From NCBI GenBank assembly GCA_005880395.1, contig VBHQ01000056.1:1-50252 (forward strand): 50,252 bases of DNA. The letters run 5' to 3'. The stretch comes from Chloroflexota bacterium. GTDB lineage: Bacteria; Chloroflexota; Dormibacteria; CF-121. Positions 18,220 through 28,152 of the stretch are shown piece by piece. The notes under the pieces were generated by a model, which did not search any database, had not been told where the DNA came from, and saw only the letters and a program-made list of their open reading frames with translations. The position numbers and the translations under genes are program-made. Positions within the stretch are counted from its first letter, which is position 1, and every line of letters begins with the position of its first letter.

Positions 18220-19671
18220 ATGGGAGTTGCGACCTATTCGCCACCGGCGGAACGGGTGGGAGAGGAGCTCGTCTACCCGGACGGCCGGCACGAGCTTGCC
18301 GACGACCGGACGATTCGCGAAAGTCCGCTCTATAACGCCGATCTCGCGCCCGTTCCGATCAAGCGGCGCACCTGGACGACCTACAACTACATGGCGCTCT
18401 GGATCGGGATGGCGCACAACATTCCGACCTACCTTCTGGCGTCGGGCCTGGTTGCTCTCGGCATGGCCTGGTACCAGGCGATCCTGACGATCGCGCTCGC
18501 CAACATCATTGTCCTGATTCCGATGCTGGCCAACAGCCACGCCGGAACAAAGTACGGGATTCCGTATCCCGTCTTCGCCCGGGCCTCCTTCGGTGTCTTC
18601 GGCGCCAACGTCGCCGCCCTGCTCCGAGCAGGAGTGGCGTGCGGCTGGTTTGGGATTCAGACCTGGATCGGCGGCGGGGCACTCTATGCCCTCAGCGGAA
18701 AGCTATTTGGGAGCGGCTGGACCAACTCGGCTATGGTCGCCGGACAGCACTGGACGCTCTGGCTGAGCTTCGCCGTCTTCTGGGTGCTCAACATCTTCAT
18801 CATCCTGCGGGGAATGGACGCCGTTCGGCGGTTCGAGAACTGGGCGGCGCCGTTTGTGCTGATCGTGGCTCTAGGGCTGCTCGCCTGGATGGTCACCAAA
18901 GCTGGTGGCTTCGGCCCGATCCTGAGCCAGCCCGGTAAGGTCGGCTGGGGAAGCAACTTCTGGTTCCTCCTCTTCCCGCCCGCGCTGATGGGCATGATCG
19001 CGTCGGCCACCCAAAAGGTGTATGGCGCACCCATCTGGGACCCGGTCGCGCTAACAGCCAAGTTCGACAACCCGCTGGTCGTGATCTTCGCGCTCTTTAC
19101 GCTGGCGGTCGCCACTCTTTCCGTCAACGTGGCCGCCAATATCGTCAGCCCTTCCTACGACTTCTCGAACGTCATTCCAAAGCTGATCAGCTTCCGCACC
19201 GGCGGGCTGATCACCGGCGTCCTTGGAATCGCGATCCAGCCCTGGAACCTCCTGGCGAATCCCAACGTTTACATCTTCACCTGGCTCGGCTTCTACGGCG
19301 GTGCGCTGGGCGCGATCGCGGGTGTGCTGATCGCCGACTACTGGGTGATGCGGAGCACGTTGCTCAAGCTGGGGGACCTCTATCGGGTCAATGGCGAGTA
19401 CAGGTATTCCGCTGGTTTCAACTGGCGAGGCCTGGTCAGTCTGGTGGTGGGCGGCGTCCTGGCGGTGGGCGGGGCCTACTCGACGCCCGGCAACGGACCA
19501 TTCCCGAAGGGCGGGATCATCGGTCCGCTCTACAGCTGGTTCCCTTTCCACGTCTACGACTACAGCTGGGTGGTCGGCCTGGTGGCAGCCTTCCTCTGCT
19601 ATCTGGTGCTGGCGGCCGCCTTCCCGGCGGGGGCGGTGCGGCGCACTCCGCAGGCGGCGGCGGCGACCTAA
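18220..19671 (+). CDS. NCS1 nucleobase:cation symporter (uracil/hydantoin type); probably internally deleted near 19000
   Basis: LYNADLAP...RTWT.YNY.ALWIGM, YGIPYPVFARASFG, CGWFGIQTWIGG, NVAANIVSP. Confidence 0.9.
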   Translation: MGVATYSPPAERVGEELVYPDGRHELADDRTIRESPLYNADLAPVPIKRRTWTTYNYMALWIGMAHNIPTYLLASGLVALGMAWYQAILTIALANIIVLIPMLANSHAGTKYGIPYPVFARASFGVFGANVAALLRAGVACGWFGIQTWIGGGALYALSGKLFGSGWTNSAMVAGQHWTLWLSFAVFWVLNIFIILRGMDAVRRFENWAAPFVLIVALGLLAWMVTKAGGFGPILSQPGKVGWGSNFWFLLFPPALMGMIASATQKVYGAPIWDPVALTAKFDNPLVVIFALFTLAVATLSVNVAANIVSPSYDFSNVIPKLISFRTGGLITGVLGIAIQPWNLLANPNVYIFTWLGFYGGALGAIAGVLIADYWVMRSTLLKLGDLYRVNGEYRYSAGFNWRGLVSLVVGGVLAVGGAYSTPGNGPFPKGGIIGPLYSWFPFHVYDYSWVVGLVAAFLCYLVLAAAFPAGAVRRTPQAAAAT

Positions 19672-19698
19672 CCTAGGATTCGACTTAGGGCGAAAAAC

Positions 19699-19724
19699 GA
19701 GCCCCGACCTCGCGGCCGGGGCTC
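19699..19724 (+). other. Intergenic GC stem-loop (mRNA stabiliser or weak terminator)
   Basis: GAGCCCCGACC-TCGC-GGCCGGGGCTC between NCS1 and LLM. Confidence 0.45.
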
Positions 19725-19742
19725 CAGTCTTTCAGGAGGCGG

Positions 19743-20741
19743 ATGGCAAGAATCAGTTTCGGCGTCTGCTTTGCACCGGATCCACCGCCGAGTCGGTGGG
19801 TGGATCTGACCAAACTTGCCGAGTCCAACGGTTTCGATTACGCCTGGCTCTTCGACTCGCACGTCCTCTGGCAGGAGGTCTATCCGATCTTCACCCTGAT
19901 GGCGGCGAATACGAAGACCATCAAGATCGGCCCCTGCGTGACCAACCCGGGGACGCGCGACGCCACGGTCACCGCCAGCGCGCTCGCGACCCTGCAGGAG
20001 ATCTCGGGTGGTCGCATGGTGATGGGCATCGGCCGCGGCGACAGCGCGCGCCGCGTGCTCGGCCAGAAGCCCGTCTCAGTCGAACGCATGGAGGCCGATT
20101 GCCGGCTGATCCGGGACCTGGCGGCCGGCCGCGAGGTCAGCTATGACGGCGTCAAGATCCGCATCAAATGGGCGGAGCACGAGCTGCCCATCTGGGTCGC
20201 CGGCTACGGGCCGAAGGCGCTGCGCGCCGCCGGGCGGGTCGCGGACGGCGTCATCATCCAGCTGGCGGATCCCGCGATCATCAAATGGTGCCTGCAGTTC
20301 GTGCGCGAAGGCGCGCAAGAAGCGGGGCGCAACTTCGACGAGATCGAGATCCAGGCGGCGGCGCCGGCGTATGTCGCAGACGATCTCGAGGCGGCCCGCG
20401 AGCAGGTCCGCTGGTTCCCGGCGCTGGTATCGAATCATGTCGTCGATCTGCTCAAGCGCTACGACGCCCAGGACCTGCCGAAGGCGCTGACCGACTACAT
20501 CAAGGCGCGCGATCATTACGATTACCAGGACCATGCCAAGCGTGGCGCGGCGCACGCCGACTTCGTACCGGACGAGGTGATCGACCGGTTCTGTGTGATT
20601 GGCACGGTCGAGGAGAGCAAGCGGCGAATCCAGGAGCTGATCGATGTCGGGGTCGACCAGTTCAACCTCTATTTAATGGTCGAGAAGCCGGAGGCGGTGA
20701 TCAAGGCCTACGGCGAGGCAATCATTCCGGCGTTCAACTAG
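19743..20741 (+). CDS. LLM-class F420-dependent oxidoreductase, TIGR03842-like
   Basis: FDSHVLWQE, GPCVTNPGTRD, GIGRGDS, VSNHVVDL, LTDYIKARDHYDY..H, FVPDEVIDRFC. Confidence 0.8.
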   Translation: MARISFGVCFAPDPPPSRWVDLTKLAESNGFDYAWLFDSHVLWQEVYPIFTLMAANTKTIKIGPCVTNPGTRDATVTASALATLQEISGGRMVMGIGRGDSARRVLGQKPVSVERMEADCRLIRDLAAGREVSYDGVKIRIKWAEHELPIWVAGYGPKALRAAGRVADGVIIQLADPAIIKWCLQFVREGAQEAGRNFDEIEIQAAAPAYVADDLEAAREQVRWFPALVSNHVVDLLKRYDAQDLPKALTDYIKARDHYDYQDHAKRGAAHADFVPDEVIDRFCVIGTVEESKRRIQELIDVGVDQFNLYLMVEKPEAVIKAYGEAIIPAFN

Positions 20742-20759
20742 CGAGGAGGCAAAGGAGAG

Positions 20760-21477
20760 ATGGCGAAGGTACGGGCGGCGCTGATCCAGGCGTACGCGAA
20801 CATGCCCAAGCAGGAGGCGATCGCAAAACACGAGGAGCTGATCGGCGAGGCGGCGAAGAAGGGCGCGCAGATCACCTGTTTGCAGGAGATCTTTTTTGGC
20901 CCCTACTTCCCGGCAGAGCAGAACACGAAGTGGTACGACACCGCCGAGCCCGATGACGGCCCGACCGTCAAGCGCATGCAAGAGCTGGCCCGCAAGCACA
21001 AGATGGTGCTGATCGTGCCCTTCTACGAAGAGGCGCAGACCGGCGTCTACTACAACACGGCCGTCGTGATCGAGAACGACGGTACAGTGCTCGGGAAATA
21101 CCGCAAGACGCACATTCCGCACGTCGGTCCATGCTTCTGGGAAAAGTTCTACTTCAAGCCGGGCAACCTCGGGTATCCGGTCTGGGATACGTCCGTCGGC
21201 CGCGTCGGACTGCTGATCTGCTACGACCGCCATTTCCCGGAGCCGGCGCGCGAGCTCGGGCTCAAGGGTGCCGAGCTCGTCTTCAATCCATCGGCGACCG
21301 TGAAGTCGCTGTCTCGCTACCTTTGGGAGCTGGAGCAGCCGGCGCATGCGGTTGCGAATGGCTACTGGATCGGCGCGATCAACCGCGTCGGGGTGGAAAA
21401 GCCGCTGAACGATGCGCAGTTCTACGGCTCGAGCTACTTCTGCGATCCTCGACGACCTCGTGAAGCAGCTGCCATGA
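20760..21477 (+). CDS. Nitrilase-family amidohydrolase (beta-ureidopropionase-like); frameshifting gap near 21450
   Basis: E-K-C triad (LQEIF, YRKTHIP, ICYDRHF); native C-terminus DDLVKQLP* is in another frame at 21451-21477. Confidence 0.85.
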
Positions 21478-22892
21478 AGACGCTGATCAAGAACGGCACC
21501 GTCGTCACGGCCAGCGATACGTCGAAGGCCGACGTCCTGGTCGATGGCGAAAAGGTGGTGGCGATCGGCACCCAGCTCGAAGCGCGGGCCGACCAGACCC
21601 TCGACGCGGAAGGCCGGCTGGTGATGCCTGGCGCGGTCGACGTGCACACCCACATGGAGCTTCCTTTCGGCGGCACCTTCGCCTCCGACGACTTCGCCAC
21701 GGGCACTGCCGCCGCCGCCTGGGGCGGGACGACGACGATCGTCGACTTCGCGGTCCAGACCTTCGGACAGAGCTTGCGCCAGGGACTCGACCAGTGGCAT
21801 CAAAAAGCGCAGGGCAAGGCGCACATCGACTACGGCTTCCACATGATCGTGCGCGAGGTGAACGACTCGATCCTCAAGGAGATGGACCAGTTAGTCCGTG
21901 AAGGGGTCCCCTCGTTCAAGCTCTTCATGGCCTACCCGGGCGTCTTCATGCTCGATGACGCCTCGATCTTCCGGGCGATGAGCCGCACCGCGGAAAATGG
22001 CGGGCTGATCATGATGCACGCCGAAAACGGCGGCGCGATCGACGTGCTGGTCAAGCGGTACCTCGAGGCGGGCAAGGGCGATCCCATCAACCACGGCCTG
22101 ACCCGCCCGGCCAGCATGGAAGGCGAGGCGACCGGGAGGGCGATCGCGCTCGCGCGCCTGGCCGAGGTCGCCGTCTACATCGTGCATCTCAGCTCGAAAG
22201 AGGCGCTCGATGCGGTTCGTGAGGCCCGCGACGACGGCGCTCCGGCGTTTGCGGAGACCTGCCCGCAATATCTCTATCTCAGCCTTGAGGACCTGGGACG
22301 CCCCGGCTTCGAAGGTGCCAAATACGTTTGCTCGCCGCCGCTACGGCCGAAGCCGCATCACGACGAGCTCTGGAAGGGATTGGTGCAGGACGATCTGCAG
22401 CTGGTGGCGACGGATCACTGTCCGTTTCATTTCAAGGGGCAGAAAGATCTCGGCCGCGGCGACTTCTCCAAGATTCCCAACGGCCTGCCCGGCGTCGAGG
22501 ACCGTTTCACGCTGATCTTCCACGGCGGCGTCAACGCCGGCCGGATCACGCTCAACCGGTTTGTCGAACTGGTCGCGACGGCGCCGGCGAAAATGTTCGG
22601 CCTCTTCCCACGCAAGGGGACGATCGCTCCAGGGAGCGACGCCGACATCGTCATCTTCAACCCGGAGGTCGAACGCACGCTCTCGGTGAAGACCCATCAC
22701 ATGAACGTGGACTACAGTTGCTACGAGGGCATGAAGGTCAAGGGATTGCCCGAAATCGTGATGCAGCGCGGCAACGTCCTCGTCCGTGACGGCAAGTTCC
22801 AGGGCACCAAGGGCGCCGGGCAGTTCCTCCGGCGAGCGCCTTTTCATGGAACGCCGGCGCCCGAGCGAAGCGCCGTGGGAGCGACCGCATGA
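21474..22892 (+). CDS. hydA: Dihydropyrimidinase / D-hydantoinase
   Basis: MKTLIKNGTVV, DVHTH, SFKLFMAY, HAENG, TDHCPF; ATGA overlap with the nitrilase stop. Confidence 0.93.
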   Translation: MKTLIKNGTVVTASDTSKADVLVDGEKVVAIGTQLEARADQTLDAEGRLVMPGAVDVHTHMELPFGGTFASDDFATGTAAAAWGGTTTIVDFAVQTFGQSLRQGLDQWHQKAQGKAHIDYGFHMIVREVNDSILKEMDQLVREGVPSFKLFMAYPGVFMLDDASIFRAMSRTAENGGLIMMHAENGGAIDVLVKRYLEAGKGDPINHGLTRPASMEGEATGRAIALARLAEVAVYIVHLSSKEALDAVREARDDGAPAFAETCPQYLYLSLEDLGRPGFEGAKYVCSPPLRPKPHHDELWKGLVQDDLQLVATDHCPFHFKGQKDLGRGDFSKIPNGLPGVEDRFTLIFHGGVNAGRITLNRFVELVATAPAKMFGLFPRKGTIAPGSDADIVIFNPEVERTLSVKTHHMNVDYSCYEGMKVKGLPEIVMQRGNVLVRDGKFQGTKGAGQFLRRAPFHGTPAPERSAVGATA

Positions 22893-24337
22893 TTGCCACC
22901 AGGACGGTGCAGAGCTACATCGGCGGAAAATTTCGGGAGTCGCGCGCAAGCAAGGCGGACCAGATTCCTGATCCCGCCACCGGACAGACCATCGCCAGCC
23001 TGCCCTACTCGACCGCCGAGGAGATCGACGAGGCGGTCGCGGCGGCGAAGAAGGCGTTTTTGAGCTGGAGCGAGACGCCGGTGCCCGATCGGGCCCAGGT
23101 CATGTTCCGCTTCAAGGCGCTCTTCGACCAGCACATCGAAGAGCTGTCGGCGCTGGTGACGAAGGAAAATGGCAAGACCCTCGACGAGTCGCGCGGTGAG
23201 GTCAAGAGGGGGATCGAGGTCATCGACTTCGCCTGCGGCGCCCCGACGCTGATGATGGGGCAAAGTCTCGACCAGATCGCGCGGGGCATCGATGAGGAAC
23301 TGATTCGCTTCCCGGTCGGGGTCGTCGCCGGCATCACGCCCTTCAATTTCCCCAACATGGTGCCGCTTTGGATGATTCCGGTCGCGATCGTGACCGGCAA
23401 CACCTTCGTGCTCAAGCCGTCCCAGCTCACGCCGTTGTCGGCGATGCGGATTGCTGAGCTGTTGCAGGAGGCCGGGCTGCCTGACGGCGTCTTCAACGTG
23501 GTCCACGGCGCCAACGACGCCGTCAACCAGTTGCTCACGCACCCAGATGTCGCCGCGGTGTCGTTTGTGGGATCGGCGCCGGTTGCGGCGTACATCTACA
23601 AGACGGCGGCGGCGCACGGCAAGCGTGTCCAGGCACTCGGAGGCGCGAAGAACCACATCCTGGTCATGGACGACGCCGACCTCGAACTGTCGGCGCCCCA
23701 CGTGATCTCCTCCGCGTTTGGCAACGCCGGCCAGCGCTGCCTGGCGGGAAGCGTCGCCGTCGGGGTTGGCAAGATTGGCGACGCGCTGGTGCGCGAACTG
23801 GCCAAGGACGCGTCGCAACTCAAGATCGGCCCCGGGACCGATCCGAAAACGACGCTCGGTCCCGTTATCCGCGGCGCGCGCAAGCAGAAGCTGATCGAGT
23901 ACATCGATGGCGCCCAGTCGGAGGGCGCTCGGCTCGTCACCGACGGCCGGCAGGTCGATGGCGGCGACGGATTCTTCCTCGGCCCCACCATCCTCGATGG
24001 CGTGACGCCGAAGATGACGGTCTGGAAGGATGAGCTGTTTGGGCCGGTGCTCTCCGTCATGCGCGCCTCCGACATCGATGAGGCGCTCGAGCTGCTGAAC
24101 TCGAGCACCTACGGCAACATGGCGTCCATCTTCACGAGCTCGGGCAAGAACGCCCGCGAGTTCAAGCGCCGCGCCCAGGCCGGCATGCTGGGGGTCAACA
24201 TCGGGGTGGCGGCGCCGATGGCGTTCTTCCCCTTCACCGGCTGGAAGAACTCCTTTTTCGGCGACCTGCACGCGACCGGCCAGGACAGCATCCGTTTCTA
24301 CACCCGGCACAAGGTCGTCACGACTAGGTGGCTCTAG
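22889..24337 (+). CDS. mmsA: CoA-acylating (methyl)malonate-semialdehyde dehydrogenase
   Basis: ITPFNFPNMVPLW, SFVGS, GGAKNH, FGNAGQRC, GWKNSFFGDLH. Confidence 0.9.
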   Translation: MIATRTVQSYIGGKFRESRASKADQIPDPATGQTIASLPYSTAEEIDEAVAAAKKAFLSWSETPVPDRAQVMFRFKALFDQHIEELSALVTKENGKTLDESRGEVKRGIEVIDFACGAPTLMMGQSLDQIARGIDEELIRFPVGVVAGITPFNFPNMVPLWMIPVAIVTGNTFVLKPSQLTPLSAMRIAELLQEAGLPDGVFNVVHGANDAVNQLLTHPDVAAVSFVGSAPVAAYIYKTAAAHGKRVQALGGAKNHILVMDDADLELSAPHVISSAFGNAGQRCLAGSVAVGVGKIGDALVRELAKDASQLKIGPGTDPKTTLGPVIRGARKQKLIEYIDGAQSEGARLVTDGRQVDGGDGFFLGPTILDGVTPKMTVWKDELFGPVLSVMRASDIDEALELLNSSTYGNMASIFTSSGKNAREFKRRAQAGMLGVNIGVAAPMAFFPFTGWKNSFFGDLHATGQDSIRFYTRHKVVTTRWL

Positions 24338-25668
24338 AAACCGCCTCGCGGCCGAAAGTCCTCAGCGACGAGGAGATCGTCGCGCTCTGCCGGCGCTACA
24401 CGCTCTACGAGTGGACGGCCCAGGCGGCGGCGGATCCGATCGCGGTCGATCATGCCAAGGGCGTGTACTTCTACAGCCCTTCGGGCAAGCGCTACCTCGA
24501 CTTCAACAGCCAGCTGATGAGCGTCAATGCCGGCCACGGCGATCCGCGCATCATCGACGCGATCAAGCGGCAGGCCGAGAAGCTCGCCTATGCGAATCCG
24601 TTCATGGCCCACGAGCCGCGGGCGCGGCTGGGGCAGAAGCTCGCCGAGCTGATGCCCGGCGATCTCGACAAGGTGTTCTTCACGCTTGGCGGCGCCGAGG
24701 CCAACGAGAACGCCATTCGCCTGGCGCGCGCGGTCACCGGCCGCCATAAGGTCATGGCTCGCTACCGCTCGTACCACGGCGCCACCGCCGGCGCGATCGC
24801 GCTGACCGGGGATCCGCGCCGCTGGGCCAACGACATCGGCGACTCGGGCGTGGTCCACGTTCTCGACCCCTATCACGGGCCGGAGCGGCCGGTCGACAAC
24901 GCCGCCGAGGCCTTGCGCTACCTCGAGGAGACGATCCAGCTGGAGGGTCCGAACACGATCGCCGCGTTTTTCCTCGAGACCGTGACGGGGACCAACGGCA
25001 TCCTGATCCCGCCGGATGGCTACCTGGAGGGCGTGCGCCGGCTCTGCGACCGCTACGGAATCCTGATGGTCTGCGACGAGATCATGTCCGGCTTTGGCCG
25101 GACCGGCGAATGGTTCGCGGTCGATCACTGGAAGGTCGTTCCCGACCTCATGACAATGGCGAAAGGGCTGACCAGCAGCTATGTGCCGCTCGGAGCGGTC
25201 GCGATGCGGCCCAACATCGCCGAGCACTTCGAGAAGAACGTCTTCTACGGCGGGCTGACCTACAACAGCCATCCGCTTGCCTGCGCCGCGGCGCTGGGCA
25301 CCATCCAGGCCTACGAGGAAGACGACATGGTGGGCAACGCCCGGCGGATGGGGCTGGTGATGGCGGGCCATCACGCGGCGCTCAAGGAGAAGCACCCGTC
25401 GGTGGGCCTGACCCGTTCGATCGGGCTCTTCGGCATCCTCGAGCTGGTGAAGAACCGCCAGACGATGGAACCGCTGGCGCCGTTCAACGCGACCTCGGAG
25501 CCGATGAAGGCCGTCGGCAAATCCCTGCGTGATCACGGTCTCTATACCTTCGTCCGCTGGCACACGATCATGACCAATCCGCCGCTGTGCATCAGCGAGG
25601 AACAGCTGGCGGAAGGTTTCGCCATCATCGACAAGGCGCTGGAGATTGCCGATCGGGCGGTCTCGTAG
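24328..25668 (+). CDS. Class III aminotransferase (beta-alanine aminotransferase-like)
   Basis: YLDFNSQL, SYHGAT, DEIMSGFGRTG, TMAKGLTS; operon context. Confidence 0.88.
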   Translation: MALETASRPKVLSDEEIVALCRRYTLYEWTAQAAADPIAVDHAKGVYFYSPSGKRYLDFNSQLMSVNAGHGDPRIIDAIKRQAEKLAYANPFMAHEPRARLGQKLAELMPGDLDKVFFTLGGAEANENAIRLARAVTGRHKVMARYRSYHGATAGAIALTGDPRRWANDIGDSGVVHVLDPYHGPERPVDNAAEALRYLEETIQLEGPNTIAAFFLETVTGTNGILIPPDGYLEGVRRLCDRYGILMVCDEIMSGFGRTGEWFAVDHWKVVPDLMTMAKGLTSSYVPLGAVAMRPNIAEHFEKNVFYGGLTYNSHPLACAAALGTIQAYEEDDMVGNARRMGLVMAGHHAALKEKHPSVGLTRSIGLFGILELVKNRQTMEPLAPFNATSEPMKAVGKSLRDHGLYTFVRWHTIMTNPPLCISEEQLAEGFAIIDKALEIADRAVS

Positions 25669-25706
25669 ACAGCTGGGAGCCGCCAGTGCGGGACGAGGAA
25701 CGAGCG

Positions 25707-26278
25707 ATGGTCCGGGACGATCCACAGTCGCCGGATCCCCGTTTCGCCGAGCTGTACGCGGCGTTACCGGATGCCGGCGACCTCTGGCCCTGGCTCGAGC
25801 TCGCTGAGGCGGCCCAGCCGCCGGTCCTCTACCTCGGCATCGGGGCGGGCCGGCTCGCCGTCCCGCTGCACGCGTCCGGCATCGAGCTGGTCGGGGTCGA
25901 CAGCCACCCCGGGATGCTGGAGCGCCTGCATCGCCGCCTCCCTGATATCGAGCTCATCCACTCGCGAATCGAAGACCTGAATCACGGCCGGCAGTTCGAC
26001 CTGGTCATGGTGCCCTCCAACATCCTCTGCCTGACGCAGCGCCTTCGCGTCGCCGGCAGGCACCTGAGGCCAGAGGGATCGCTGGCCTTCGAGCTGACCA
26101 ACCCACACTGGCTCGAGGCCGGGGCCGGCCGCGGGGTTCGGATCCGATCCTTGGATGGAAACAGCGCCAGGGTCGAGGTCGACTATCAGCTGCCCGACGA
26201 CCGGACTGTCACCCAGCATGCGGAGATCCCGCTGGTCTGGCCTGGCGAGGTTGACAGCTGGCTCGCCGCAGCCGCCGG
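25707..26278 (+). CDS. Class I SAM-dependent methyltransferase, C-terminus probably lost
   Basis: VLYLGIGAGRLAVPL...GVD...ML, FDLVMVPSN; sequence after WLAAAAG stops looking like a methyltransferase. Confidence 0.75.
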
Positions 26279-27061
26279 ACCGAGGAGCGGGAGGGACGTC
26301 GTTCCGGACGCGTGGTTCGTCGGGGTGTCGAACGACCGACGGAGGATCGTGTGCTCCTGGAACGGGCACCCCTCCCGGAATTCCTGGAGAGCGACCCCTG
26401 GCGAGTGCTGCGCATCCAGGCGGAGTTCGTCGAGGGCTTTGACGCGCTTGCCGCCGTCGGCCCGGCCGTGACCATCTTTGGCTCGGCCCGCGTGCGACCA
26501 CCGGATCCGATGTACGACGCGGCGCGAGAGCTTGCCGCCGAGCTCGCCCGGCGCGGTTTTGCCATCATCACCGGTGGTGGCCCCGGCATCATGGAGGCCG
26601 CCAACCGCGGCGCGCGCGAAGGCGGCGGGCTGTCCGTCGGCTGCAACATCGAGCTGCCGTTCGAGCAGAGCCTCAATGACTACGTCGATCTGGGCATCGA
26701 GTTCCACTACTTCTTCGTTCGCAAGACGATGTTCGTCAAGTACGCGGAGGCGTTCGTGATTTTCCCGGGCGGCTTCGGCACGCTCGACGAGTTGTTCGAA
26801 TCGCTGACGCTGATCCAAACCGGCAAGATCGTGCATTTCCCGGTCATCCTGTTCGGGACCGGCTACTGGGCCGGCCTGCGTGACTGGATCCACGATCGCG
26901 TGCTCGCCGAGCGAAAGGTCGCTCCGGAAGATCTCGACTTGATGGTGGTCACCGACGATATCCGGCACGCGGCCGATGTGGTCGAGCAGCACTATCAGCG
27001 CAAGCTGCTCGAGGCGCGGCCGAAAGAGCCGGCCCAGCCCAAGAAGAGCGACGCGCAGTGA
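26279..27061 (+). CDS. LOG family (TIGR00730) nucleotide phosphoribohydrolase; first intact start GTG26312
   Basis: VTIFGSAR, ITGGGPGIMEA, YFFVRK.MFVKY, PGGFGTLDE. Confidence 0.92.
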   Translation, partial: TEEREGRRSGRVVRRGVERPTEDRVLLERAPLPEFLESDPWRVLRIQAEFVEGFDALAAVGPAVTIFGSARVRPPDPMYDAARELAAELARRGFAIITGGGPGIMEAANRGAREGGGLSVGCNIELPFEQSLNDYVDLGIEFHYFFVRKTMFVKYAEAFVIFPGGFGTLDELFESLTLIQTGKIVHFPVILFGTGYWAGLRDWIHDRVLAERKVAPEDLDLMVVTDDIRHAADVVEQHYQRKLLEARPKEPAQPKKSDAQ

Positions 27062-28152
27062 TGCCGGGGCCGGAGCTCACGTTCCTCCAGGACGGCCGCC
27101 AGACGGCGGACCAGGTCGCCGGCGAGCTCGCCACCTTTCTGAGCGCTGCCCAGCAAAGCATCGACATTGCCATCTACGACCTGAACCTTGCCGGGGCTGC
27201 CGCGGACATCGTTCGCAGTGCCGTCAAGACCGCGGCCTCGAAAGGGGTCGCCGTTCGCCTGCTCTACAACGTCGACTTTCCCAACCCGATTCCGGTTCCG
27301 CCTCCGGCGCAGCCCGACGCCGCCTATATCGCGAGCCTCGGCGTCCCGACGCGTCCCGTGTCGGGCATCCCGTCGCTGATGCATCACAAGTATGTCGTTC
27401 GCGACAGCGGCACTGATGCGGCCACCGTGTGGACCGGTTCAACGAATTGGACCATTGACTCCTGGACGAGGGAGGAGAACGCCATCATCCGGCTGCCCTC
27501 GCCGGCGCTGGCGCAGGAATACAGCCGCAACTTTGGCGAGTTATGGGACACCGCCAGGGTTGACGGCACCGGGAAATACGATCTGGCCGGCGTGCCGATC
27601 GTTTCCGCCGACGCCCCGCTAAAAGCGCAGGTAATTTTTTCCCCCGGCCGTGGGCGGCGGATGTCGCACGTCATCGCCGACCGCATTGCGCACGCGCGCC
27701 GGCGCGTCCGCGTTTGCTCGCCGGTGATCACCTCCGGAGTCATCCTCGGCACCCTGGGCGACCTGCTTCACTCGCATGCTTCGCATGTGGACTTCAAAGG
27801 TGTCTACGACCGGACGCAGATGGCTGAGGTCTTGAACCAGTGGCGGGTCGACCCGCATGCCGGATGGAAGGGGCCGGCGTTTCAGTCGATCACGGCCAGC
27901 CTGCCCTTCGCCTCGAAGGTCACCACGCCCTACTCCCCGACCAGCGTGCACGACTACATGCACGCCAAGGCCACGGTCGTCGACAACACCGTGCTGACGG
28001 GTAGCTACAACCTCTCCCACGCGGGCGAAACCAACGCTGAAAACCTGCTCGTGCTCGACAGCGCGCCGCTGGCCGACCAGTTCGTCGCCTTTATCGATGC
28101 GGTCTATACCCGGTACGCCGCCGTGCCGGCGTCGGTCAAAATAGGGTCATGA
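27061..28152 (+). CDS. Phospholipase D superfamily protein (two HKD motifs)
   Basis: MHHKYVVRD...TGSTN and MHAKATVVD...TGSYN. Confidence 0.9.
   Translation: MPGPELTFLQDGRQTADQVAGELATFLSAAQQSIDIAIYDLNLAGAAADIVRSAVKTAASKGVAVRLLYNVDFPNPIPVPPPAQPDAAYIASLGVPTRPVSGIPSLMHHKYVVRDSGTDAATVWTGSTNWTIDSWTREENAIIRLPSPALAQEYSRNFGELWDTARVDGTGKYDLAGVPIVSADAPLKAQVIFSPGRGRRMSHVIADRIAHARRRVRVCSPVITSGVILGTLGDLLHSHASHVDFKGVYDRTQMAEVLNQWRVDPHAGWKGPAFQSITASLPFASKVTTPYSPTSVHDYMHAKATVVDNTVLTGSYNLSHAGETNAENLLVLDSAPLADQFVAFIDAVYTRYAAVPASVKIGS

Noticed and set aside
20760-22892. Genuine bifunctional nitrilase-dihydropyrimidinase
   Set aside because: The native nitrilase C-terminus and an ATGA overlap are visible in another frame, so a missing segment explains it
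22844-25725. Long antisense ORFs (22844..24310, 24334..25725, and similar at 8130, 11050, 40398, 46402)
   Set aside because: Typical high-GC shadow frames opposite well-supported genes, with no recognisable motifs
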